Assembly (NCBI GenBank): GCA_964538435.1 | Contig: CAZIDX010000002.1 | Span: forward strand, 117,930-181,929 | Source of the DNA: an uncultured Gammaproteobacteria bacterium | Lineage (GTDB): Bacteria > Patescibacteriota > Patescibacteriia > UBA9934 > GWF2-40-263 | Reading direction: 5' to 3' | Length of the DNA stretch: 64,000 bases | In this document: piece by piece, positions 9,957 through 19,660 of the stretch | How the letters are laid out: every line of letters begins with the position of its first letter | Position numbering within the stretch: position 1 is the first letter of the stretch | Program-made: the position numbers and the translations under genes | The notes under the pieces: model-generated | Database searches by the model: none | Told to the model about the DNA's origin: nothing | The model's input: only the letters and a program-made list of their open reading frames with translations

Positions 9957-12557
9957 ATGAACGACTCACCATTCATTTTTAAACGTTATTATTTTGACCC
10001 AGCATCAGGCGAGATTCTGCTTGATTACATGCTGGGTGATATTGAATTTAAAGAAACAATCACTCTTCCAATGGATGGTGTGGACATGGACCAAATCGAT
10101 AAAGACGAACTCGACCGCGCGCTATTCGCACTCCACCTCATGACAGGAGTGAGTTACTACAAAACAACCTGCGCAAAAAAAATCAAAATCGAATCCGGCA
10201 CACTCTCAAAAACCCAAGCTGCTTTTTGGAACAAAACTTACACGCACGGACTCGGTGAATTTTTCTACACAAACCAAATCGATTTCAGGAATCTCATCGA
10301 CTTCCCTTTTTCAGATAAAACAGACAAGCTTGAACTCGCACACACAACTCGAGAACCAAACCCTCTCGTGCCAATCGGTGGTGGAAAAGATTCTGTCCTC
10401 ACAGCCGAGCTGCTCAAGAGAGCTAAAGTCCCCTTCACCACCCTTACAGTAAAAGACGCTCCCCCAATCAAAAACACAAGCGAAATCATAGGAAACGGGC
10501 GAATTGTTGTTCACCGCGCACTCTCTCCAAACCTGATTGATTTCAATACGCAAGAAGGTGTCTACAATGGCCACGTACCAATCACGGGTGTGCTTAGCTT
10601 CCTCAGCGTCGTTATTGCCATCCTACACAACAAGACAGATGCCATCTTCTCTCTCGAACAAACCGCAAGCGAAGGCAACCTCAAATACCTCGGCGAAGAA
10701 ATCAATCACCAATACAGCAAGTCGCTCGAATTCGAGCAGAGCCTGCAGTCTTATCTTTCAAGCTACGTTACAAAAAACGTATCCGTCTTCAGCTTGATCC
10801 GCCCGCTCTCAGAGTTCGACATCGTGAAGCGCTTTTCAAAACTCGAGCATTACTTCCCTGCCTTCTCAAGCTGCAACAGGAACTTTACTTTTAAAAACAC
10901 AAACAAAGATACAAAAGCATTCTGGTGTTGCGAGTGTCCAAAATGCGCATTCATGTTTGCCATGCTCTCAGCCTGGCTCACTCACGATCAGGTCGTAGAA
11001 ATCTTTAGTCAGGATCTCTTTGCAAAACCCAAACTCAAAGACCTCTTCAAAGAACTCCTCGGTATCCAGGGAAACAAACCCTTCGAGTGTGTAGGGACAG
11101 CAGAAGAAACCGCAGCTGCATTCGAGCTCGCATTCCGCCGCGGCGACGCAAACGAAACACAGATCATGAAAATGTATGAGAGTGATGTTCGAGATTCACT
11201 CACAGACCCTGATGAAATCATCTCCAAGCTACTCACCCCATCGACCGAACATGCAATTCCGCTTGAATACCAAAAGTACTCACCTGCACTGAACCCTCTC
11301 CAGCGCGTTGCTCACAGCAAGACCCTCCTGCTCGGCTTTGCTGCGACCAACCAATCACTGCTCAAAGCCATCCTCAAGGTCAATCCAGACGCAGACATTA
11401 CTATCGCAGACCAAAACCCCGACCTTGATCTACCAAACGGAGTAAATTCTCAACTCGGAGACAGCCACTTAGATAATCTCCCTAACTTTGATCTCATCAT
11501 CCGCTCACACGGTGTTCCCTACGGACCAAAACTTGAAGCCGTGCGATCTCGAGTCAAAGGTGCAGCCCAACTTTTCTTCGAGTACGTTCACAGCACATCA
11601 AACGCACGCATCATCGGAATCACAGGAACCAAGGGTAAATCCACAACCGCAACACTCATCCATATGATGTTGCAAGCTGCTGGAAAACGTACACTGTTCG
11701 TTGGAAACATCAACGCACAAGAATGGGACTGGCTCGATCAAATCACAGATGACACTTACATCGTCTACGAACTCTCCAGCTACATGCTAGAAGATTTCAC
11801 AGAAACCCCAGACGTATCCGTGTGGCTAAACGTGTACGACGATCACCTCACCTGGCACAACAACTCACCAGACGAATACACACAAGCCAAAGCAAACATC
11901 TGTGCAAACCAAAACACAACAAACACCTGCATCTTCAACGCCCATGACGCGCGCGTAGCAAACGGCACATCATCAAGCAAAGCCAAACTTATCGATTTCA
12001 CACAAAAAGAAATCGACCTGGGTGACATACAGCTTCGAGGAAATCACAACCGCGAAAACATGCTCGCAGCACTCTGCGCAATAAATGCACTGGGAATACC
12101 CGAAATAGACGTTCTACCCGCTCTAAGAGCCTTTTCAGGCCTCCCACATCGTCTTGAAACCATCGCCACAGTAAACAACGTCGACTACGTAGATGACACC
12201 CTTGCAACCAATCCAGAAGCAACCATTGCCGCAATCAAAAGCTTCGACAATATCTCCTGCCTTATCCTGGGTGGTGAAGACCGCGGTTACGACTACTCCG
12301 AGCTTGCAAAACACGTCAATGAAATCAAAAACCTCATCCTACTCCCAGGCTGCAGAGACAAACTTAAGACCACACTCACAAACTTCCCAGGAACAATCCA
12401 CGAAGTCGAGTCTGTCGAGGAAGCCGTAACCACCTCTCACAAACAAGCTGAGCCAAACACAGTCGTCCTCCTCTCCCCTGCAGCGCCAAGCTACGACCAG
12501 TTCAAGAACTACGAGAAGAAAGCAAAGGTGTTCAAACAAGCAATTACAAACCTCTAA
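9957..12557 (+). CDS. murL-murD: Fused UDP-MurNAc-L-Ala-L-Glu epimerase (MurL) and MurD-type ligase
   Basis: N-half: GGGKDS, NGHVPIT, NHQYSKS, SSCNRNF, WCCECPKC, KPFECVG. C-half: GITGTKGKSTT, ELSSY, GLPHRLE, LLSPAAPSYDQFKNYE. Confidence 0.88.
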   Translation: MNDSPFIFKRYYFDPASGEILLDYMLGDIEFKETITLPMDGVDMDQIDKDELDRALFALHLMTGVSYYKTTCAKKIKIESGTLSKTQAAFWNKTYTHGLGEFFYTNQIDFRNLIDFPFSDKTDKLELAHTTREPNPLVPIGGGKDSVLTAELLKRAKVPFTTLTVKDAPPIKNTSEIIGNGRIVVHRALSPNLIDFNTQEGVYNGHVPITGVLSFLSVVIAILHNKTDAIFSLEQTASEGNLKYLGEEINHQYSKSLEFEQSLQSYLSSYVTKNVSVFSLIRPLSEFDIVKRFSKLEHYFPAFSSCNRNFTFKNTNKDTKAFWCCECPKCAFMFAMLSAWLTHDQVVEIFSQDLFAKPKLKDLFKELLGIQGNKPFECVGTAEETAAAFELAFRRGDANETQIMKMYESDVRDSLTDPDEIISKLLTPSTEHAIPLEYQKYSPALNPLQRVAHSKTLLLGFAATNQSLLKAILKVNPDADITIADQNPDLDLPNGVNSQLGDSHLDNLPNFDLIIRSHGVPYGPKLEAVRSRVKGAAQLFFEYVHSTSNARIIGITGTKGKSTTATLIHMMLQAAGKRTLFVGNINAQEWDWLDQITDDTYIVYELSSYMLEDFTETPDVSVWLNVYDDHLTWHNNSPDEYTQAKANICANQNTTNTCIFNAHDARVANGTSSSKAKLIDFTQKEIDLGDIQLRGNHNRENMLAALCAINALGIPEIDVLPALRAFSGLPHRLETIATVNNVDYVDDTLATNPEATIAAIKSFDNISCLILGGEDRGYDYSELAKHVNEIKNLILLPGCRDKLKTTLTNFPGTIHEVESVEEAVTTSHKQAEPNTVVLLSPAAPSYDQFKNYEKKAKVFKQAITNL

Positions 12558-12667
12558 TACAAAAACTCACCATGGTGAGTTTTTGTATAAATCCAGTTTC
12601 ACTAAATTTAGTTAAAAATCTTACTTATCCACACTGACATTTCCTCACCATGGTGAGAAAATGTCAG
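12557..12667. repeat. Two palindromes with core CTCACCATGGTGAG
   Basis: Perfect 32-bp palindrome at 12557-12588 and a 34-bp near-palindrome at 12634-12667; related copies at 52472-52505 and 53045-53067. Confidence 0.9.
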
Positions 12668-12770
12668 CTTTTTGTATTTGAAACCTCAAAAAAGAAAGCT
12701 TGATAACACCGATGTTTTTGAATTAGAAAAGCCCTACTCCGCAGAGCAAGGCCACGTTATCGTGTTGGGC

Positions 12771-13718
12771 CTACTTCAGCTTACGCCAGTCGACCCAGGT
12801 CTCGAGCAGGTTATCGAACGGTTGACCCTCCCCAATCCACCCGATATGAGGGACACCTTGCATCCACTCAAGCTTCAGGAACATGGTCATCTCTCCCCCA
12901 CACGCATCCCTAACACCCTTTTCAACAGGGATGATGACCACACCCTCAGGCGGATCAAAATGCGGGTGCCGCTCCATCATCACAGCGTAAAGCACGAGAT
13001 CGTGCAGTTTGCCATGCGACCACATGTGTCGACCATCTGTATGATGCCGGTGAACTCTCCGACGATTCACACCGTCCGTGACATACAGATTCTTCCCCAG
13101 ATCCATCACCTTCCACACCCCCGGTTTCTGATACCCAGGACGTGAAGGAAACTTGGACCAGTCGATCTTGAAATCACAATGGACAAAATCCAGAGCAAGA
13201 AGCTTCTGCACCTGCCGAGCTGTAATCTCAACAACCGGCATCACGACACCAGTCTCCCCCATATGCTCACGTTGCTCACGATCATCAGTGTAGTTCCTGC
13301 GATAGATGCCTCGCTCCCGATCGTTGAAACGGATCACCTGACACGTCAGCCAAGACAGCATCTTGGGTGTGATTACACGAACGATCCCAAGATCGAACGC
13401 ACGCACCTTGTCGATCGGGCACTGCTCGTCGTGAGCTTTGATGAACATTCGCGTCAACGACTCGCGATCAAGAACCCGCTCCCCCATCACCTCAGCCAGA
13501 TGCAGAAGAAGCGGGTTGTGAGCCAACGCTGTCAGAGCAACTTCGTTGAGATCTCCTCGAGCCATTCGCGCACTGAACTCATGCACGAACCTGTACGCAT
13601 CTTCGCGTGCAGCCATGTCTTCCTCCGACTCATCTTCTTCGCTCTCAAAACAACCACCAGGCCGAGGATCAAGCCCTAAAGATGAGACAAAGTGTTGTGG
13701 TCGCCAACAGCGATCCAT
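12771..13718 (-). CDS. Hypothetical protein (start uncertain)
   Basis: 315-aa ORF with coherent codon bias, upstream TTGACA (13758-13763, minus) and downstream hairpin-TTTTCTAAT. Confidence 0.75.
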   Translation of the reverse strand: MDRCWRPQHFVSSLGLDPRPGGCFESEEDESEEDMAAREDAYRFVHEFSARMARGDLNEVALTALAHNPLLLHLAEVMGERVLDRESLTRMFIKAHDEQCPIDKVRAFDLGIVRVITPKMLSWLTCQVIRFNDRERGIYRRNYTDDREQREHMGETGVVMPVVEITARQVQKLLALDFVHCDFKIDWSKFPSRPGYQKPGVWKVMDLGKNLYVTDGVNRRRVHRHHTDGRHMWSHGKLHDLVLYAVMMERHPHFDPPEGVVIIPVEKGVRDACGGEMTMFLKLEWMQGVPHIGWIGEGQPFDNLLETWVDWRKLK

Positions 13719-13772
13719 TCACTGCGGCAAAGGCATGTCACCAGAAAACCTTCCCAATGTCAACACAAACCC

Positions 13773-13801
13773 TTGACACAAACAACTTTTTCCACTACAA
13801 T
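13773..13801 (+). promoter_or_regulatory. sigma70-type promoter
   Basis: TTGACA-17 nt-TACAAT. Confidence 0.7.
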
Positions 13802-13826
13802 CCCTCTCTCACTCCGGAGGTGAATC

Positions 13827-14429
13827 ATGAACCGTCAGACGTTCTTTTACTCCCTTCCTCTGGAGCAATACAGCCCAGAGGACCTACGCCGCATCCAGCT
13901 TGCCTACTGGCTTGCAAAGGAAGGCCACCGCACACAGCACCGCGACGATGGTGAGCGCTACTTCGAGCATCCTCGAGCTGTTGCCCTGATCCTCGTCGAG
14001 ATGGGCTACACGGACGTGAGCACCATCTGCGCCGCGCTCCTGCACGACGGCGTCGAGGACACGTACATCCTTCCCGATGCCTACCTGGCGCTGGTTGGAC
14101 CCACGGTCTGGAACTGGGTCTTCACCCTTTCCAAGAAGATCCCCGCCTTTGACCCTGTCACTGGCGTGGTGATCGACTACGTCAAGCGCGACCAGGACAA
14201 GTACTTCGAGGGTATTGCCGCTCTCCCACCCCAGGCGCGTGTGATCAAGCTTGCTGATCGCCTTCACAACCTTCGCACCTGCGGAGTCATGAAGGAAGAC
14301 AGGAAGCAGCGCTACATCCACGAGACCCGGAGTCTCATCCTCCCGATCGCCCAGAGCACAGACCCGAACTTCGTCCAGGTGATCGAACACGAGATCAAGC
14401 TTGTCCTCGCCACCTGCAAGGACGACTAG
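13827..14429 (+). CDS. HD-domain small alarmone hydrolase (RelA/SpoT/Mesh1-like)
   Basis: HR.Q.RDDGERYFEHP, AALLHDGVEDT, IKLADRLHNLRT; GGAGGTG RBS. Confidence 0.88.
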   Translation: MNRQTFFYSLPLEQYSPEDLRRIQLAYWLAKEGHRTQHRDDGERYFEHPRAVALILVEMGYTDVSTICAALLHDGVEDTYILPDAYLALVGPTVWNWVFTLSKKIPAFDPVTGVVIDYVKRDQDKYFEGIAALPPQARVIKLADRLHNLRTCGVMKEDRKQRYIHETRSLILPIAQSTDPNFVQVIEHEIKLVLATCKDD

Positions 14430-14456
14430 CCACCCACCTGGGTGGTTTTCAAATTG

Positions 14457-14624
14457 CACCCCCTGGAGAGGACAAAAAGAAGACACTCGATGTGTCTTCT
14501 TTTTAAAATCTCCACCACCCCTCCACGGTTCAGGTTAGATACCGGCCGTTGCGACGTTTCTCTTTCAAAACCTGTGTGTTTTGAAGAGAAATGTCGCCGG
14601 CCGTCACAAACCCATGCAGAAAGA
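14457..14624. repeat. Structured intergenic element, copy A (homologous to 17151-17324)
   Basis: Shared blocks CCTGGAGAGG, CACTCGA(T/C)GTG, CCACCACCCC, CGGCCGTT...GGCCG and CAAAC..GCAG.AAGA, with two stems of different sequence. Confidence 0.75.
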
Positions 14625-14635
14625 CAAGAATTTTT

Positions 14636-16237
14636 TTAAAACTCCTGAAACCTCTCAATCATATCCTCTGGCATCTCCACCCCAGCCTGCTCTGCCAAAG
14701 CTTGAATATGACCCTCAAGCTCCCCAACAAATTTATCATCATTGAAGAAATCTCCATACGTTTCTTTTTCAACAAACCGGCCCATCTCTTCAACCTTATG
14801 CTTAACCTTTCGCCCCTCGATCAATCCTTTCTTCCGCCAAACCGTATGCCTGTTTGCAATATCCATATGCGGCTGCAGAAAATCATAGAGCCATTGCACA
14901 AATTCTCGCTGCGCTCCTTCGATCTTATTATATGCAAAGTATGCCTCCCGCTTATCAACTTGAAATAAATCTGCAGATTTAATGTATTCCCCAGCGGCAA
15001 GTTCTGAAGCAATCTCGTGTGGTTTTTTTGATGTGTTAAACCGGACAAGACCAAGTGTTCGAGTTGTGGTTATCATTGCCGCCCAGTAATCACGAAGGCG
15101 CAAATCATCATCATGCCGCATCAGAGACTCAGGAAGCATATAAGAAGGCGATCCTGCAATTGGTTCATCAAAACTCGTGCGCACCACTCCACCCCCTTTT
15201 GCAATCCCATGATCAATAAGATGTGCGAGCCCTGCCTCATCCACATCCTCTGGCAACATAACATTTCCAGGCTTCACATCTCTGTGTGTCCACCCAAGCG
15301 AGTGCATCTTACGAAGCGTTGAAACAACAGAACGAAGCGCAACCGCCATCTGATACCCCCATTCAGGACTTGAGACCATCTCTTCCTCACTGCGCATGCG
15401 CTTTTCACGCGCGTCAAACATATCTTCACCTTTATACTGATCCATCACAATCGCAATCATAGTATCTCCATCTGGCTCCTGAATCATTTCTGTGCAAAGC
15501 AAATCCCCAGCAGCCATCATACCCCCAACCTCATTCCACATCATATAGAGGCTGTAATCTCCAACCTCGCCATTATCCATTTCAATACGTCTATTTCCAC
15601 CCTTTGCAGCAACAAATTTTACTAAACGTTTCTTCTGAGATTCTGAACCCCCATACGACACCTCATACACAGACCCAAACGCACCCTTTCCAACCCGATT
15701 ACCAACCTCCCATTTCACTCCGGCAGCATACACATGATCAGGGATATTTATTGGATCAAACGACTTGGTGTGATCAAAAACCGGTGGAGGCGGCCTGTCT
15801 TCCATGCGTGAAACCTGCTTCCATTCCTCAGGCACAGCCTCAAGCTCTTGATATAACTCTGATTGAAAAATATAACCCTCAGGAATACTAGGTTCCGTAT
15901 CAAGCGCATTCGTAATCCGCTCCACCCAATCCTGATGAGGCATTAGCTTTCGCTCTTGACGCATCAAAGCAACCTCATCAATTACGGATGGGACTTCAAT
16001 CTCGATTTTTGTAACATCAGGTCCTTCATCCAGAGAAGCTCGAGTTTCAACACCAGGCCGCTTCGTGCTCACCTGAGTAATTTCACCTCCCGGACTTCTA
16101 CTAACAACCGTCTCTTCTCCGCCTGACAATCCACCTCGAATAACCTCTGTCATCTCATCGTTTACCTCAGTAGGCTGATCACTCCCTTTCGGAGCCTTCC
16201 AATTGGCATATTGTTCCATGTCTGATTGAGTTTCCAT
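14636..16237 (-). CDS. Hanks-type Ser/Thr protein kinase with acidic low-complexity N-terminus
   Basis: VGKGAFGSVY, LVKF, HRDVKPGNV, LIDHGIAK, GSPSYMLPE, RDYWA. Confidence 0.88.
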   Translation of the reverse strand: METQSDMEQYANWKAPKGSDQPTEVNDEMTEVIRGGLSGGEETVVSRSPGGEITQVSTKRPGVETRASLDEGPDVTKIEIEVPSVIDEVALMRQERKLMPHQDWVERITNALDTEPSIPEGYIFQSELYQELEAVPEEWKQVSRMEDRPPPPVFDHTKSFDPINIPDHVYAAGVKWEVGNRVGKGAFGSVYEVSYGGSESQKKRLVKFVAAKGGNRRIEMDNGEVGDYSLYMMWNEVGGMMAAGDLLCTEMIQEPDGDTMIAIVMDQYKGEDMFDAREKRMRSEEEMVSSPEWGYQMAVALRSVVSTLRKMHSLGWTHRDVKPGNVMLPEDVDEAGLAHLIDHGIAKGGGVVRTSFDEPIAGSPSYMLPESLMRHDDDLRLRDYWAAMITTTRTLGLVRFNTSKKPHEIASELAAGEYIKSADLFQVDKREAYFAYNKIEGAQREFVQWLYDFLQPHMDIANRHTVWRKKGLIEGRKVKHKVEEMGRFVEKETYGDFFNDDKFVGELEGHIQALAEQAGVEMPEDMIERFQEF

Positions 16238-16330
16238 ACAACCACTATTATACGCATTTTTTGATACAATACCATCGATCCCTTGCCAAAACTGAGTATT
16301 TCAGCTATATTCTGTTGTTCAAAACACACT

Positions 16331-17119
16331 ATGACATTTCAAACACGAATCCTGTTCGAACATCTTCTCAAATACATCCTGATCTTCATTGTGATGGGGA
16401 TCGTTTGGATTCCAGTGCAAACAGGACTCACCAACGCTGTAGAATCAGGTAAACTTGAAGCGATCGCTGTCATCATGGGTATTGTGGCCCTATGTAGCCT
16501 TACGGGATACTACACCTTTTCCTACACAGTCGTAGCCAAGACTTGGCGACAGCGCTACTTCGGATATCTCTGCACACTCCTGATGGGAATCTCACTTTCA
16601 ATCTCACTGCTCATCATCTACGTTATTGCTTCACTCTGGGTACCTGAAATGAAAGTTGTGTGGATGGGAACACTCGGATCGCTCTACATCGGAACGATCA
16701 TCTACGACAACTTTGACCTGCTCCGCATGGAGAAGGATGTCGCAGCCATCAACTTCTACGAAACCAACGTAAACATCGATGACGACCACATCCTAGACAC
16801 AACCGTCGACTACCTCCGAGAAGGACAACACCTACGTTTCTCAAACTCCCTGATCGGAAAAGCCATCATGGACCTGGGGCGAGAAAGAAAACTCATGGAA
16901 CTTGTTGAGGGAGGAAAATGGATCTACGAAAACGCAGACGAAGAGCAACACACCATCGACCACAAAATCATCGACCTCTTCAAACCATTCAAACAACACA
17001 GAACATCAATCGCAAACATCCTCACACAACTAGAAGAACACCAATCACAACACGTAGCCGACCAACTCATCGCCCAGCTCCTAACAGAAATAGACGACCA
17101 CTTCGACAACAACAAGTAA
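16331..17119 (+). CDS. Membrane protein (4 TM plus soluble C-terminal domain)
   Basis: Four hydrophobic segments; ATG at 16331; downstream terminator. Confidence 0.75.
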   Translation: MTFQTRILFEHLLKYILIFIVMGIVWIPVQTGLTNAVESGKLEAIAVIMGIVALCSLTGYYTFSYTVVAKTWRQRYFGYLCTLLMGISLSISLLIIYVIASLWVPEMKVVWMGTLGSLYIGTIIYDNFDLLRMEKDVAAINFYETNVNIDDDHILDTTVDYLREGQHLRFSNSLIGKAIMDLGRERKLMELVEGGKWIYENADEEQHTIDHKIIDLFKPFKQHRTSIANILTQLEEHQSQHVADQLIAQLLTEIDDHFDNNK

Positions 17120-17146
17120 AAAAACTAGCCGCAAGGCTAGTTTTTT
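17119..17146. terminator. Bidirectional intrinsic terminator
   Basis: AAAAAACTAGCC-GCAA-GGCTAGTTTTTT. Confidence 0.85.
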
Positions 17147-17150
17147 AGTT

Positions 17151-17324
17151 CACCCCTCCTGGAGAGGCCGACGTGAGGCACTCGACGTGCCGACACGTCG
17201 CAGCCCCCACCACCCCACCCATAGGTCCAGGACGCCAAACGGCCGTTCGGGGTAGTGGTTTAAAAACATTTACAACGAGTTTTTAAACCACTACCCCGTG
17301 GCCGCCCAAAACTCCCGCAGCAAG
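17151..17324. repeat. Structured intergenic element, copy B (homologous to 14457-14624)
   Basis: Same conserved blocks as copy A; stems CGACGTG/CACGTCG and CGGGGTAGTGGTTTAAAAAC/GTTTTTAAACCACTACCCCG. Confidence 0.75.
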
Positions 17325-17431
17325 ATTCGAGCAAGGTTCGAGCAAAGGCGCAACCAATTAAAGGAGAGGAAGGGAAGGAAAAAAGGTATTAGAAAAGCCC
17401 TCGACCGAAGTCAAAGGCTCGTTAGCATGAC

Positions 17432-19459
17432 CTAGAAACCCGGCCACACCTTGCGAAGCGCCTCCCTCGTTGCATGACCCATCTTCAGGCCCCGCGCAGT
17501 CTCCTTGTCGTACCAGCTTGCCGAAGCAATCTCCACCAGATCCACATCCGCCTCGTACTCGATCAGCACGCGAACCAGGATGTTGGTCACCACGTACGCA
17601 CGCTCCTCACCACCGGGCTTGACCCAGCCAGTGTAGTGCACGCTCACGTTCTCCGGAGCAGGCTCGGGCAGACCCGTCAGGTCCACACCAATCTCCTCAC
17701 CAGCCTCGCGGATCCCCGCACAGAGAGCATCGTGATCTTCAGGATCGATGATGCCACCCACATGCGCGAAGTAGCCCGGATAGGACGTGTCTTCCCCACG
17801 CTCGACCAGCAGCACCCGATCCGTGATCGGATTGTGCAACGTCAGCGTGGCAGCCCTGCGCAGATTCTTGTGGATCGACGGCGGCTCCAGAATCCAGACC
17901 CCTTCGTTCTCGATCCGCTGGACCGTACGGAAGCCTCGAGCCTGGTAGAACTCAGCCACTTCGCAGTTGTCATGTGCAGCCACGAGCACGCCTCGCTGGT
18001 TGATCTGATCCACCAGCTGCTGACCCAGACCCATGCCACGAGCCTCACCGTTGAGGTAGAACGAGTGCCACCCCTCCTCGGTCCTGGCCACCACACCAGC
18101 AATCACATCGCCGGCAAAGATGAGGCTCAGACTCACGCGCCGAGCAAAGTCCGGCCGACCGATCTGCTTCAGGTGGAACAGGTACTCGGACGCAGCTACA
18201 TCCCATTCCTTGCGGATCTGGTTCACAGCATTGAGGTCTCGAAGGTACAGCACATGTCCGTGATTGGTCATCTCGAGCATGAGTGTGTCGCTATCGAGCC
18301 ATGCATCCGAGACATTCGAATTGCATGCCAGTGCCTCGAGAACACTCATGGCCTGCTCGAGCGTACCACACGGGTACGAGAGCCGGGTCTTGGCCATGTT
18401 CTCACCAACCACCCATCCATCATGGAAGTGCAGGCTGGCCGCATGTGCGAACGCTCTGTGGACATGCAGATGCACAGACGAATCGATGCTGGGCTTCTGA
18501 CCCTTCGAGCCCGAGAAGAGCACTTCACGCTTGTCAGGATTCCCGAGCCGCACCGAGATCAGATCGTCCAACTCAAGCTTGCTCTTGTCTGTGGCCCGAG
18601 GGTTCACCAGAAGACTTCCGTCCCCTGGAGCCACTGCCACATTTCCAGACGTATCGCAGAGCAACCCCGCATCCTGAGCAAACTCGATGAGGTCACGCAC
18701 AAGCTGCGCACGTATAGGGCTCGCTTCTGCAAAAACGATCTCAGGAGAACCATCCACTACCTGCACACTCCTGTGCCAGTGGGTCGCGCGGTAGCGAGCC
18801 ATGATCTCCACGATCTGACGCGCCACATCATCGCTGTGTCCCTCGATGCGCACCACGCCACCATCCGGTGTCACCCACCAGATGGGATGCTGTCCGCCAC
18901 CGATCTCCTCGGCCAGGTTCGCAATCGTGCCATTGAGCCGCGCTCGCTTGTTCTGCTTGCGCGCAGCAGCGATCACATCCTGCAGGCTCGAGTTCTTCTG
19001 ACTCAGCAGCTTGAACCCCACGATCAGGCACTCGATCCCGAACTTCTCCCGCCAGGTGTCGAGCACCTTGGGAAGCTTGGGAATGCGCAGCACGAGCTCA
19101 TCACTGCTCGAGGAGATCTTCCCCTCGATCGGATTGAGAAACCCGAAGTCACTGACCGCAGCCGCGCTCATGGCGTATCCCGGCTGACCGTAGGTCTGGA
19201 CTGCCTCGTCAATGGCCTCCAGATACTCCTTGAACGTGCTGAACACGATCACCTTGGCACCCTTGGGAAGATTCGACCGATGCTTGTAAAAAGCGAACTC
19301 GCTGAGAACGAGCACCACCGGAATCCCGCGGCGGGCGAAGTGATGTGCGAACGTCACTGCAAAGCCACCCTTTGCCTTGTTGGCCATGGAACGCATGGCA
19401 TCGACTTGCGCCATGGTTCCACCACCCGTGATCAGGGCGTATGGAGCTTGAAAGGACAT
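17432..19459 (-). CDS. Multidomain protein: CoaB-like (phosphopantothenate-cysteine ligase), class II aldolase/adducin, GNAT-like and NUDIX
   Basis: LITGGGT..VDAMR, SAAAVSDF, GKISS, LIVGFKL; TSGNVAV, KPSIDSSVHL, SLHFH; EARGMGLG..FYQARGF; GGIID..AGIREAGEEIG. GGAGG RBS before ATG 19459. Confidence 0.8.
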   Translation of the reverse strand: MSFQAPYALITGGGTMAQVDAMRSMANKAKGGFAVTFAHHFARRGIPVVLVLSEFAFYKHRSNLPKGAKVIVFSTFKEYLEAIDEAVQTYGQPGYAMSAAAVSDFGFLNPIEGKISSSSDELVLRIPKLPKVLDTWREKFGIECLIVGFKLLSQKNSSLQDVIAAARKQNKRARLNGTIANLAEEIGGGQHPIWWVTPDGGVVRIEGHSDDVARQIVEIMARYRATHWHRSVQVVDGSPEIVFAEASPIRAQLVRDLIEFAQDAGLLCDTSGNVAVAPGDGSLLVNPRATDKSKLELDDLISVRLGNPDKREVLFSGSKGQKPSIDSSVHLHVHRAFAHAASLHFHDGWVVGENMAKTRLSYPCGTLEQAMSVLEALACNSNVSDAWLDSDTLMLEMTNHGHVLYLRDLNAVNQIRKEWDVAASEYLFHLKQIGRPDFARRVSLSLIFAGDVIAGVVARTEEGWHSFYLNGEARGMGLGQQLVDQINQRGVLVAAHDNCEVAEFYQARGFRTVQRIENEGVWILEPPSIHKNLRRAATLTLHNPITDRVLLVERGEDTSYPGYFAHVGGIIDPEDHDALCAGIREAGEEIGVDLTGLPEPAPENVSVHYTGWVKPGGEERAYVVTNILVRVLIEYEADVDLVEIASASWYDKETARGLKMGHATREALRKVWPGF

Positions 19460-19498
19460 GTCTTGACCTCCAGTTGCCAGTGAATCTGGCAAGGCCAG

Positions 19499-19594
19499 AT
19501 CATAGCAGAATTCCAAGAAAAGTCAATGTTTCCAAGGGTTTTCTTCCAAACCCAGGGTGTCCACATTGACAAATACCCCACAAAAGCGTAGAAT
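19499..19594. promoter_or_regulatory. Divergent sigma70-type promoter pair
   Basis: Minus: TTGACT(19526)-16 nt-TATGAT. Plus: TTGACA(19566)-17 nt-TAGAAT. Confidence 0.65.
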
Positions 19595-19660
19595 CCGCAT
19601 CGTGTCTAAAGGAAAGAGGGGCCTGACACCACTACATTTTCCCTTGGAGAAACCTAGCGG

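Noticed and set aside
17474-19483. 669-aa plus-strand ORF
   Set aside because: Antisense shadow of the GC3-rich CoaB fusion gene; no motifs or RBS.
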